The notes under the pieces are model-generated. The model saw only the letters and a list, made by a program, of their open reading frames with translations, made no database searches and was not told the origin of the DNA. This document shows positions 17,169-25,852 of a stretch of 64,000 nt of DNA, one piece after another. Position 1 is the first letter of the stretch, and every line of letters begins with the position of its first letter. Both the position numbers and the translations under genes were made by a program. This stretch comes from Candidatus Woesebacteria bacterium (GTDB taxonomy: Bacteria > Patescibacteriota > Microgenomatia > UBA8517), in the NCBI GenBank assembly GCA_016700095.1, contig CP065002.1, positions 1,188,145 through 1,252,144 of the forward strand, read 5' to 3'.

Positions 17169-17750
17169 CTATTTCGAGACCGAAATTTCCTCTTTTGTTT
17201 CACCGACAGCCAATCCAACCAAATGACCATTGGCATCTACATGAATCATATAGGCAGTATCTTCGGCATCACCGGTTCTTGGATCAAAAGGCATAGACAC
17301 CATGTAAACCGGTACAATTTCTTCTCCCGCCTCCCCAGCACCAGCCAAATCAAAACAGCCCACACCTGTCCCGATACAGGTTGCTTCAGTTGGAAAACTA
17401 CTGGTCTCCGGATCATTATCGGTATCAGGAAGTTCACCACTATGCTCTGCCGCATACTGCTGTACGGATGACAAAATACCAATCAAATCAGATTCTCTTT
17501 CAAAGTCACGGGATTTCGCAAATTGGCGTTGGGGATTTATAACAATAATCATCACCGTCGACAGGACACTAATAAGAGCAATTACAATTAGGATTTCCAT
17601 CAGACTAAAACCTCCGTTCACTTTTTTATATTTATCCGAAGAATGAAAGTTGAGATTACTATTGCGAAGCAAAACGTGCTTTGAATTAACATGTGATGAT
17701 AAAACTCCTTCTATTTTGGCTTGCGGATACTTTGTTGATTTATTTAACAT
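17169..17750 (-). CDS. pilA: Type IV pilin (prepilin with class III signal: ...KKVNGG|FSLMEILIVIALISVLS, Glu at +5)
   Basis: G|F cleavage/N-methylation consensus with E5 and a hydrophobic alpha-1 helix. The annotated ATG gives an unusually long 45-aa leader. Possible internal GTG start (MNGG|F). C-terminal Cys pair. Confidence 0.75.
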   Translation of the reverse strand: MLNKSTKYPQAKIEGVLSSHVNSKHVLLRNSNLNFHSSDKYKKVNGGFSLMEILIVIALISVLSTVMIIVINPQRQFAKSRDFERESDLIGILSSVQQYAAEHSGELPDTDNDPETSSFPTEATCIGTGVGCFDLAGAGEAGEEIVPVYMVSMPFDPRTGDAEDTAYMIHVDANGHLVGLAVGETKEEISVSK

Positions 17751-17753
17751 TAA

Positions 17754-18080
17754 TTAATTTTCGTCCACTATCTCGGCAATCGCTGTTTCCCTAACTTGCA
17801 AAGTGGGTATATCTCTATGGTAGATCGAAGTAACGGCTTGATCAAGCTTTGTTTTATCTAACCGTGCTTCACGGTCAGCTTCATTGTCAATTTCGTATAC
17901 GGTAGTGAAGGCGGACAGTATTCCAAGTGACGTGTATATCACGGGTACAGCAAGCACCATAAGTACTATTGCCAAAATTAAATAAAACCGATCAATTTTT
18001 CTCCAAGCTTTTGTCAACATATAAAAACCCTCCATACTTAACCTCAACTCTGCCTTCTTCAGGGATCTCTTCGGCGTCAA
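17754..18080 (-). CDS. Small membrane protein in the pilus operon (start uncertain; overlaps upstream gene)
   Basis: One TM helix LILAIVLMVLAVPVIYTSLGIL. The annotated start overlaps the PilO-like ORF by 89 nt. An internal Met is more likely. Confidence 0.3.
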   Translation of the reverse strand: MTPKRSLKKAELRLSMEGFYMLTKAWRKIDRFYLILAIVLMVLAVPVIYTSLGILSAFTTVYEIDNEADREARLDKTKLDQAVTSIYHRDIPTLQVRETAIAEIVDEN

Positions 18081-18693
18081 AAGTTACTGGTCGAAAAACA
18101 TAAGGTAAGTTTTGTATTTTTATAATATCAGCGCTGATTCTTTCCCAGGATCCCGACAACATAATAATAATCGGAAAACCGAAATTTTTTGTTTTATCGG
18201 GAACAGGTATGTCACTTGCAAAAGTAAAACCCACTACACTTCCTTCGGTTTTTAATTTTTCTATTTCACCCATAAAAGCAATTAGTCCATCATCAGTCGG
18301 GTATGCTTTTTTGATTTTCTCGATTGATTCTATGTTGTTTTCATAATCGAATTTAAGTACTGTCATGTCATCCGCTTCGGTATTAAGTACCGACTGACTT
18401 CTAAGAGATTTAATCTGACCCGCTCTTTGTGGAATCTGTCCCAGAAGGTAAACCAGCCCGAACAAAAAAGCCAGATTTATTATTCCCAAAAATATATCTT
18501 TAACCCAAATATTTTTCTTCTTTACCTTACTGACAGTATCACCTTCTTGTGTCTTATTTTTTAAAAGTGGGAATTTATTCTTGCCGGCAGGTACCACCGG
18601 ATTCGCTACAGCTTTTATTAATTTTCCATCACTGCTTTTATCAATTAAATCACTTTCTTTGCTGTCGTTTTTTATTTCTTTCTTGTTGTCCAT
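17992..18693 (-). CDS. PilO/PilN-like bitopic pilus assembly protein
   Basis: Cytoplasmic Lys-rich N-terminus, a single TM IFLGIINLAFLFGLVYLLG, and a periplasmic domain. Position between pilM/N and pilin. Confidence 0.4.
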   Translation of the reverse strand: MDNKKEIKNDSKESDLIDKSSDGKLIKAVANPVVPAGKNKFPLLKNKTQEGDTVSKVKKKNIWVKDIFLGIINLAFLFGLVYLLGQIPQRAGQIKSLRSQSVLNTEADDMTVLKFDYENNIESIEKIKKAYPTDDGLIAFMGEIEKLKTEGSVVGFTFASDIPVPDKTKNFGFPIIIMLSGSWERISADIIKIQNLPYVFRPVTFDAEEIPEEGRVEVKYGGFLYVDKSLEKN

Positions 18694-18694
18694 T

Positions 18695-20119
18695 TTATTT
18701 TTTGGTTTTTACCGCGGATTCTTTTTTCGTAGAAATCGGTAAGTAATTAAAGCCCATACTGTAATCCAAATCCCTGTCAGTCTCGAGAGAAGCTATTGGA
18801 ATATCAACAATTGAAAAATTTTTGTTGCTCTCTAAGGCTTGTTTGAAAAGTATGAGCGATTGTCTTTCCTTTGATATACCATATAACTTAATTTCACCGG
18901 CTTCCAGGTCAATTGTGTAATGCCTTATTGTCACAGCTTCAGGTCGAACTGCATAAATATCATTTAGCAGTGTTTGCGGCAATACGGTACTTTCGTTAAT
19001 CGTAAACGTTTTTCTTGTGAGTAAGTTTATATCTTGGATATCGGTAATTAATTGCACTTTCGCAGGATCGGTTTTTCGAAGTGTTGTGTCGGCATTTTTC
19101 AGGTCGGTAATCATTTGCCCAAACAATAAATAAGTTGACAAGGCAGCAAAAAAAGTGATCCACACGACATACGAAACTACCAAAGACAAACTCCATGTTT
19201 GCAGTTTTAGTTTTTCCATTTCGTATTTTTTAACCCACTTTTCTGGAAGCAGGTTTATGCTGTACTGATCAGCAGGTTGAGAAGGTTCTTTGAATTGCAA
19301 AGAAATTGGTATCAAATATTGTCCAAGTGCCTCGTTTGTTAAACCATCTATTTTTGTTCCAAGCATTGCAACTTTTGTATTAAACGTTTCCATTAGTTTT
19401 TTGCCAAACGAAGCGGTCGCTCCTGGGCCGTTAATTTCAACCGATTGTATTTGAACATCTCCGTAATGACTTGCCATTCTCGTAACTGTAGAATACAAGT
19501 CGGCCTCACTGCTCGAGTAAACAACTGAGCTGCCAAGAATTTTTTCTCCTCTTGCGACAATAAAAATACTCGAGTTTTTACCGCCATAAAATACCAACTT
19601 CCCCACATCACCCGAAGAAGAAAGCCTTAAAAGAGAAAGTGACGGTGTTTCAATTACGATTGGGAACAAACCGGCAGCCGAAACTGCACCGACATATCCC
19701 ATCAAAACATCTTTCCTGACTGCTACAAACAATATAACGTAACCAGTTTTGTTTTTATCAATAATTTTCCAATCTAAAATCGTTTCATTTTCCTCCCACG
19801 GTAAAAATTCTTGCGATTGCCATCTTACCGCCTCATCAATATCCTCCTTTTCAATGTCTGGTATATCAATCATTTTGGTAAATGTTGAAAACTCGGGTAT
19901 TACTATCCCAACCGATTTTTCTTTGATTTTGTTTTTTGCCCATACCGCTCTGAGGAACTCCGCTAATTCATCGGGGTTTTTTACACTTCTATCGGAAATT
20001 ATACCTTCAGGCATATTAAAACTTCCCGAAAGTTTAACTTTCTTTTTGTTGGGTGTTGTTTGAATTATCCTTACTTCATTAGAAGAAAAATAGATCGAAA
20101 CAAATTTTTTATTTATCAT
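18695..20119 (-). CDS. pilM: Type IV pilus assembly protein PilM fused to a PilN-like TM/periplasmic domain
   Basis: N-terminal actin-like ATPase fold typical of PilM (about 300 aa). Then TM WSLSLVVSYVVWITFFAALSTYLLF and about 140 aa C-terminal domain. Confidence 0.65.
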   Translation of the reverse strand: MINKKFVSIYFSSNEVRIIQTTPNKKKVKLSGSFNMPEGIISDRSVKNPDELAEFLRAVWAKNKIKEKSVGIVIPEFSTFTKMIDIPDIEKEDIDEAVRWQSQEFLPWEENETILDWKIIDKNKTGYVILFVAVRKDVLMGYVGAVSAAGLFPIVIETPSLSLLRLSSSGDVGKLVFYGGKNSSIFIVARGEKILGSSVVYSSSEADLYSTVTRMASHYGDVQIQSVEINGPGATASFGKKLMETFNTKVAMLGTKIDGLTNEALGQYLIPISLQFKEPSQPADQYSINLLPEKWVKKYEMEKLKLQTWSLSLVVSYVVWITFFAALSTYLLFGQMITDLKNADTTLRKTDPAKVQLITDIQDINLLTRKTFTINESTVLPQTLLNDIYAVRPEAVTIRHYTIDLEAGEIKLYGISKERQSLILFKQALESNKNFSIVDIPIASLETDRDLDYSMGFNYLPISTKKESAVKTKK

Positions 20120-20321
20120 GGCAGAGTTTCCGTTTAAATCGGATTAACTATTATTGATTATGACAAATAGGCTAAATAACCGCAAGGTACGGCATATCCG
20201 AAATCAATCGGTATAGCGCACACCACCGCACCCACTCAGCGATAACCAAAAGGTGAAGCATGTATGAACAAATACTAGACTTTAATATCTAAAGAGGGCA
20301 TACTTTTATAAGCACCTGCCC

Positions 20322-21650
20322 ATGAATGCAAAAAAACTACATAGTGGGCAATCACTCATTGGCGTATTGATTGCTCTTGCAGTAATGATAATTTTGGGGC
20401 AGGCTATTTTTACCCTGACCAGTACTTCATATCGGTTGGTCGGATTCAACAAAGCACGCATCGCCGCTCGCCATTTGGGACAAGAGCGTTTAGAAATTAT
20501 CCGAAATCTACCTTACGAAGAAATAGGTACGCTCGGTGGAATTCCATCCGGAAGCCTTGCGCAAAACGAAACAGTTGTTTTGAATGGTCTGGCATATACG
20601 ATAAAAACCAGTATTGTTTACGTGGATGATCCATTCGACGACCAAGCTCCTGAAGACATCTTGCCCATTGATTACAAACGAGCTCGAATTGATGTGTCCT
20701 GGGAAGGTTTATCTCCTTCAAGAAAAGCGCCTGTTGTTTTGGTAACCGACATCGCACCTCGCGGAATTGAAAATACCGACGGTGGAGGCACGCTGTCCAT
20801 CCTCGTGTTTGATTCAAATGCAAATCCCGTACCACAAGCTCAGGTCCGAATACAAGCAGGAGGACTAACACCGGCAATCGATTTATCTCTACAGACAAAC
20901 GATAATGGTAGAATTGTTCTCCCGGGTGCTCCGCAATGTCTGGAGTGTTACACCATCACTGCAACCAAAGAAAATTACAGCACCGATAAAACATATTCCA
21001 ACGCTGAAGTTGCAAATCCGGACAAGCCACTCCAAAGCATTATAGAAGGTGAAATAACTGAAATAAGTTTTGCCATCGATGTTTTAAGTTCACTAAATAT
21101 CGCAACTTTCAACTCCAGGGAATCCGGATTTTCTCCTCTAGCAAATACTTCGTTTACCCTCCAAGGGGAAAGAAGAATCGGAACAGATATAGACGATTAT
21201 CCCGTCTTTAAGTTTATTGAAAATTTCTCAACAGACGAAAACGGTAACATTTCAATTGACAACTTGGAATGGGATAATTATTCGTTTATTGTTTCAAGCT
21301 CCGTAGTTTCAGGTAGCAATCCTCTTCTCCCCATACAACTACATGCAAACGAAACCGTGGATCTAAAAATTGCTTTGTCGAACCCTACTCCCAACAGCTT
21401 GCTTGCTGTATTTAGCGACGGAAACAATATGACGGCTTCGGTGTCTGCAGTTTTATCCAACAGCCTTGGATTTAACGAAAGCAAGTTCACCGGAGGAGTA
21501 AACGATCCCGATTTCGGTCAGGTTTTCTTCTCCAATCTTTCGGCGATGACATATAATCTCGCCGCAACCGCATCCGGATTTTTAGACTCCATATCAACCG
21601 TTAACGTCACTGGTCAGACAACAAGTAAAACAATATTGAATCCATTATGA
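20322..21650 (+). CDS. Large pilin-like/pseudopilin protein with an N-terminal hydrophobic pilin-type helix
   Basis: N-terminus MNAKKLHSGQSLIGVLIALAVMIIL (non-canonical G|Q). 442 aa with beta-rich repeats. First gene of the minor-pilin operon. Confidence 0.4.
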   Translation: MNAKKLHSGQSLIGVLIALAVMIILGQAIFTLTSTSYRLVGFNKARIAARHLGQERLEIIRNLPYEEIGTLGGIPSGSLAQNETVVLNGLAYTIKTSIVYVDDPFDDQAPEDILPIDYKRARIDVSWEGLSPSRKAPVVLVTDIAPRGIENTDGGGTLSILVFDSNANPVPQAQVRIQAGGLTPAIDLSLQTNDNGRIVLPGAPQCLECYTITATKENYSTDKTYSNAEVANPDKPLQSIIEGEITEISFAIDVLSSLNIATFNSRESGFSPLANTSFTLQGERRIGTDIDDYPVFKFIENFSTDENGNISIDNLEWDNYSFIVSSSVVSGSNPLLPIQLHANETVDLKIALSNPTPNSLLAVFSDGNNMTASVSAVLSNSLGFNESKFTGGVNDPDFGQVFFSNLSAMTYNLAATASGFLDSISTVNVTGQTTSKTILNPL

Positions 21651-22264
21651 TAAAAACGAAAAACAGTGCCGGGATTACATTGATTGAACTATTGGTGGTT
21701 ATGGGAATTAGCTTAATTTTAGGAGGTGGTGTGCTTGGCCTTCAATATATTCTGGCTCAGAACCAACAGTTGGCTATCGATAGCTACTATAACGTCGACA
21801 CGGCAAACATAAATCTCAACACCATGACAAGGGAAATTAGAACAGCCAGGGTAAGCGCAACCGGATCGTATCCGATCGCAACAGCCGACGACAACGAGAT
21901 CATCTTCTATTCTGATATTGATTTTGACAATGTCGTAGAAAGGGTGCGATACACGAGAAACGACAATGAGTTGGAAAAGGGTATTGTCAAACCTTCAGGG
22001 CAACCTGCAAGTTATGTAATTAGCAACGAAATTGTGAAATTGTTAACCGAAGATATTAGAAATGATGACCTTCCGATCTTTACATATTTTAATGGCGATT
22101 GGCCCATCGATATCATCAATAATCCACTCTCCAGCCCGCCGGTATTGTCGGATATCAAATTGGTTAGAATTTATCTTAAAGTAAACCAGAGTAGCGATCC
22201 TACAAGCGAAGACTTTATACTTGATTCATACACAACATTCAGAATGTTGAAAGATAATTTGTAA
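21647..22264 (+). CDS. Prepilin-type N-terminal cleavage/methylation domain protein (minor pilin)
   Basis: KNSAG|ITLIELLVVMGISLIL with Glu at +5. Start overlaps the upstream stop. Confidence 0.65.
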   Translation: MIKTKNSAGITLIELLVVMGISLILGGGVLGLQYILAQNQQLAIDSYYNVDTANINLNTMTREIRTARVSATGSYPIATADDNEIIFYSDIDFDNVVERVRYTRNDNELEKGIVKPSGQPASYVISNEIVKLLTEDIRNDDLPIFTYFNGDWPIDIINNPLSSPPVLSDIKLVRIYLKVNQSSDPTSEDFILDSYTTFRMLKDNL

Positions 22265-22267
22265 AAC

Positions 22268-23641
22268 ATGACTAAGTCGATACAAGGTTCAATCACACCA
22301 GCAATCCTGGTAATTGCTACTTCATTTCTGGTTGTGATGTATGGCATACTTTTCATCCTCACGCTTCAATTTGATTTTTCCAGACGACAAACAGCGTCCG
22401 AATCCGCTCTTAATATTGCCGAAGCCGGTGTAAACTATTATCGGTGGCATTTGGCTCACGACCCTGACGATCTAACCGACGGCACCGGTCAACCCGGACC
22501 ATATGTCCACACCTACGTTGATCCTCAAGGGGATGAAATCGGGAAATATAGTTTGGAAATAGAATCACCCGACGACGGATCGTCCATGGTCACCATCAAG
22601 GCAACGGGGTGGCTTAATGAATATCCTCATGTGACAAGAACTATTGAAGCACAATATGGACAACCTTCTTTCACTCAGTATTCCTTTTCGTCTAATGCAT
22701 CAACTTGGTATGGAACAAATATTACCGTCAACGGAAGAGTTCATTCCAACAACGGGGTAAGAATGGATGGAACTAATACTGCCCTAGTAACGAGCGCTAA
22801 GGAAACATATACGTGTGGCTCCGAAACCGGTTGTAATCCGTCCCGCACCAGACCGGGGGTCTGGGGTGTTGGGGGAGATCAGGGATTGTGGCAGTTTCCC
22901 GCACCGGCAATCGATTTCGATTCAATATCCTTTAATTATTCCAGCATGAAAGATGCTGCAAATAGTGATGGATTGTATCTAGCGCCTTCCGGCAGACAAG
23001 GTTATCATCTACTCTTTTTTAGCAACGGAACAGTACGTGTAAACACGGTCACGGGTACAAATTACTACAATGCATATACGCCCGACGATGGTTGTCAAAG
23101 AAGATATGAAAGAATCACGAACGAAAGCTTCAAGGGAACTTATTCACTTGGTGATACACCGATAATTTTTGCTGAAGACCATTTGTGGATAGAAGGAGTC
23201 GTCAGGGGTCGTACTACAGTTGTTGCTGCAAAATTTCCCATTGAATCAAACAACATGAATATTTGGATACCAAACAATATTACTTACAACGGCTATGATG
23301 GGTCTAACGCACTTGGTTTAATAGCTCAAAACGACATCTACTTCACCAGAAACATCCCCGAAAACTTCAGAGTGGACGCTGTTTTGATGGCTCAAACCGG
23401 AAAAGTAATTAGACACGGTTATCTCTCCACTTGTGGCAATACTACACAAGCCGTAAAAGACAGTCTTACTCTAAACGGATCTTTGATTTCGTTTGAAAAG
23501 TCTTATTGGAATTTCGGAACTCCCCCGTCGTCAGGATTTGAAACGCGCGAAGTCAATTATGACGCCAATCTTTTCTACAATCCTCCACCATATTTCCCGT
23601 CAACGGGAAATTTTGAATTTATTTCCTGGATTGAAAAGTAA
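22268..23641 (+). CDS. Large membrane-anchored extracellular protein, putative pilus-tip/minor pilin-associated (PilX/PilY-like role by context)
   Basis: N-terminal TM ITPAILVIATSFLVVMYGILFILTL. 457 aa with a Gly/Asn/Thr-rich beta-like sequence. Confidence 0.35.
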   Translation: MTKSIQGSITPAILVIATSFLVVMYGILFILTLQFDFSRRQTASESALNIAEAGVNYYRWHLAHDPDDLTDGTGQPGPYVHTYVDPQGDEIGKYSLEIESPDDGSSMVTIKATGWLNEYPHVTRTIEAQYGQPSFTQYSFSSNASTWYGTNITVNGRVHSNNGVRMDGTNTALVTSAKETYTCGSETGCNPSRTRPGVWGVGGDQGLWQFPAPAIDFDSISFNYSSMKDAANSDGLYLAPSGRQGYHLLFFSNGTVRVNTVTGTNYYNAYTPDDGCQRRYERITNESFKGTYSLGDTPIIFAEDHLWIEGVVRGRTTVVAAKFPIESNNMNIWIPNNITYNGYDGSNALGLIAQNDIYFTRNIPENFRVDAVLMAQTGKVIRHGYLSTCGNTTQAVKDSLTLNGSLISFEKSYWNFGTPPSSGFETREVNYDANLFYNPPPYFPSTGNFEFISWIEK

Positions 23642-23947
23642 TCAAGTCTCACGCTAACTACTATTACACTTTTCTTTTCAAGACGTGTTTAGTCGAGTGA
23701 ATTATCGGTTATTTAGAAAACTGACTTAGCTAAGATACTTTGCAACTTTTCCAACCAATTTTTAACTAACAAATTATTTGGTAAAAAGAAAAATAGTCGA
23801 TAATGACTTTGCAACATAATTGACCGACTTTCCTTGCACTCGGGATTGCCACCAACATTTATCCTTTGACGGGTTTGAAATTTTTCAATTTATCCCACGG
23901 CTTAACACTTACGGGTTTTTATAAACAACTTTAGATCAAAGAGAAAT

Positions 23948-24631
23948 TTATTCGATATTACATATCGTGTTGGAGATAACAGTTCTGCCGGTCACTAAAG
24001 TACCATACAAATCACAATCGGGTGGAGTTTGAACTGTTTTACTTCCTCCTTGCGTACCCGTAATTGTAGGGTTTGGAGTTGCGGTCGTCCCAAAAGGTAA
24101 AGTCGGTGTAGGATTGCCGGTGTAATCACCATCATCTTCATCGTCCTCGTCCTCGTCCTGATCAAAGTAGTCACCGATACCATCGTCGTCATCTCCGTCG
24201 TCATATTCTTGAAATATTTCCTCAATAATTTCACCGACCACTTCGTCGTCTTCGGACACATAAATGGTTACGATTTCTCCATCCAACCACAGTTTGATTT
24301 CATACCCATTCTCAAATTTCTTTCCTGGAGTTTTTTCCAGATACTGTCTTGCCGCCGCTTCCATACTGGCAAAAAAAGCATTTGTCCGACTGGGATCCCA
24401 GGTTTCATAAAAAACTCCTTCCTCCGAACGATATTCAATCAGTCCATTTTCATTGACAGTTACAACCCTGTCACCTCTCGTAATTTGTATTTGCCCTTTC
24501 TCAATCACATCTTTTTCTTTTCCCAATAAACTCATTACAACAAAAATTATCACTGCAACAAAAAATAACCCTAAGGAAATTAAAATTCCCGTCTTGGGTT
24601 GTTTGAGTATTTTTTTGATTTTTTTAGACAT
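23948..24631 (-). CDS. Membrane-anchored hypothetical protein with an extreme Asp/Glu-rich tract and a Thr/Pro-rich C-terminus
   Basis: N-terminal TM GILISLGLFFVAVIIFVVMSLL, then EDDEVVGEIIEEIFQEYDDGDDDDGIGDYFDQDEDEDDEDDGDY, then TPTLPFGTTATPNPTITGTQ, with a C-terminal Cys pair. Last gene of the pilB-pilC operon. Confidence 0.4.
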   Translation of the reverse strand: MSKKIKKILKQPKTGILISLGLFFVAVIIFVVMSLLGKEKDVIEKGQIQITRGDRVVTVNENGLIEYRSEEGVFYETWDPSRTNAFFASMEAAARQYLEKTPGKKFENGYEIKLWLDGEIVTIYVSEDDEVVGEIIEEIFQEYDDGDDDDGIGDYFDQDEDEDDEDDGDYTGNPTPTLPFGTTATPNPTITGTQGGSKTVQTPPDCDLYGTLVTGRTVISNTICNIE

Positions 24632-25839
24632 TAAAGATTGTCAAAACCACCGATTAAACTGTATATCGGAGTGATCATCATCAACACCAATCCCCCAACG
24701 GCCACACCAATCACGAGCATAAGAATCGGTTCAATTAAAGCTGTAACTCTTTTTAAGCTGTAATCCACTTCACTCTCGTAGAAATTTGACATTTCAGCCA
24801 AAACTTCACCCAAATTTCCGGATTTCTCCCCCGCCCTAATTGTTTGAATCACCGCCGTTGGAAATACTCTTTTTCCTGTAAGCAACATGTCCGATAACTG
24901 TTCTCCACGCGACACTCCTTCACAAAACTCAGCAGCTTTTGCCGCTAATTTTGGCGTCCTAAGAACTCCCGCAGATGTCTCTAGCGCAACGGTTATTGGT
25001 ACTCCGCTTTGCAAAAGGGTTGAAATTGTTCTGGAATACCGTGCAACATCAATATTTATTACCAATGCTTTCACGAGAGGTAATTTCAAAAAGGCACGAA
25101 ATATTAACGATCTGGTGGCTCTAATTAGAAAAAGGGAAATGGTTGCTATCAACACACCAACCATAATAAGAAGTGTTAGTAGTGTATTATTTCCAATGAA
25201 GTTACCCACAGAAAGCATAATCTTTGTTGCGGCCGGTAAATCAACATTTAGTTCGGTAAAAACACCTGAAATTTTAGGAAGGACAAACGTAATCATAATA
25301 ACAGCATTTCCAAGCATTGCTATTACGATAATTATTGGATACATCATCGCTCCTTTAATTTTTTGATCCAGTTCGTGTGATGCAAGTAATTGCTTTGACA
25401 AATAGTCAAAAGACTGATCAATTGTCCCCGTCTTCTCACCTGCTTTTACCATGGTTAGAAAGAAATTATCAAAGTCTTTTTTGTATTTCGATAGAACACT
25501 AGACAAACTTGCCCCCTTTCTTATTTGAAAGGAAACATCAAAAAGTATTTTTTTGAGTTTGGGATTTTTGGTTTCCTCGCGGATATTATCAACCGCTTCC
25601 GTCATCGGAAGACCGGCTCTTAACATTGTCGCCATAAATCTACAGAAGGCGGCTTTTTCCGATATCTTAATACTTCCCCCAATTGAAGCGTTGAATCTCT
25701 GTTGAATATTTTTTATTGTTAATATCTTAAAACCATTGGAGCCGATTATCGAAGCGGCTTCTTTCCTCGAACTCGCTTGTACAACATCCTCAACTACTTT
25801 TCCTTTACTGTCTTTTGCTTTGTAAGAATAAAGTGGCAT
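24631..25839 (-). CDS. pilC: Type IV pilus/T2SS platform protein PilC/GspF
   Basis: Two GspF repeats, 3 TM segments, 402 aa. Confidence 0.85.
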   Translation of the reverse strand: MPLYSYKAKDSKGKVVEDVVQASSRKEAASIIGSNGFKILTIKNIQQRFNASIGGSIKISEKAAFCRFMATMLRAGLPMTEAVDNIREETKNPKLKKILFDVSFQIRKGASLSSVLSKYKKDFDNFFLTMVKAGEKTGTIDQSFDYLSKQLLASHELDQKIKGAMMYPIIIVIAMLGNAVIMITFVLPKISGVFTELNVDLPAATKIMLSVGNFIGNNTLLTLLIMVGVLIATISLFLIRATRSLIFRAFLKLPLVKALVINIDVARYSRTISTLLQSGVPITVALETSAGVLRTPKLAAKAAEFCEGVSRGEQLSDMLLTGKRVFPTAVIQTIRAGEKSGNLGEVLAEMSNFYESEVDYSLKRVTALIEPILMLVIGVAVGGLVLMMITPIYSLIGGFDNL

Positions 25840-25852
25840 GTAACAATTATTA

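Noticed and set aside
17171-17186. Hairpin atttcg-agac-cgaaat that looked like a pilin terminator
   Set aside because: It lies inside the last codons of the pilin ORF rather than downstream of the stop, and has no U-tract.
23830-23860. Sigma54-like element TGGCA-N8-TGCA on the minus strand in the 23642..23947 spacer
   Set aside because: The GG-GC spacing is off by one from the -24/-12 consensus. It would drive transcription antisense into the converging plus-strand operon. The spacer is a convergent 3'-end region.
24100-24200. GTCCTC/GTCATC short tandem repetition that could look like a repeat array
   Set aside because: It is the coding sequence of the Asp/Glu run in 23948..24631 (reverse strand GAG/GAC codons). 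It is not a CRISPR array or a non-coding tandem repeat. No CRISPR-like repeat-spacer periodicity was seen anywhere in the window.
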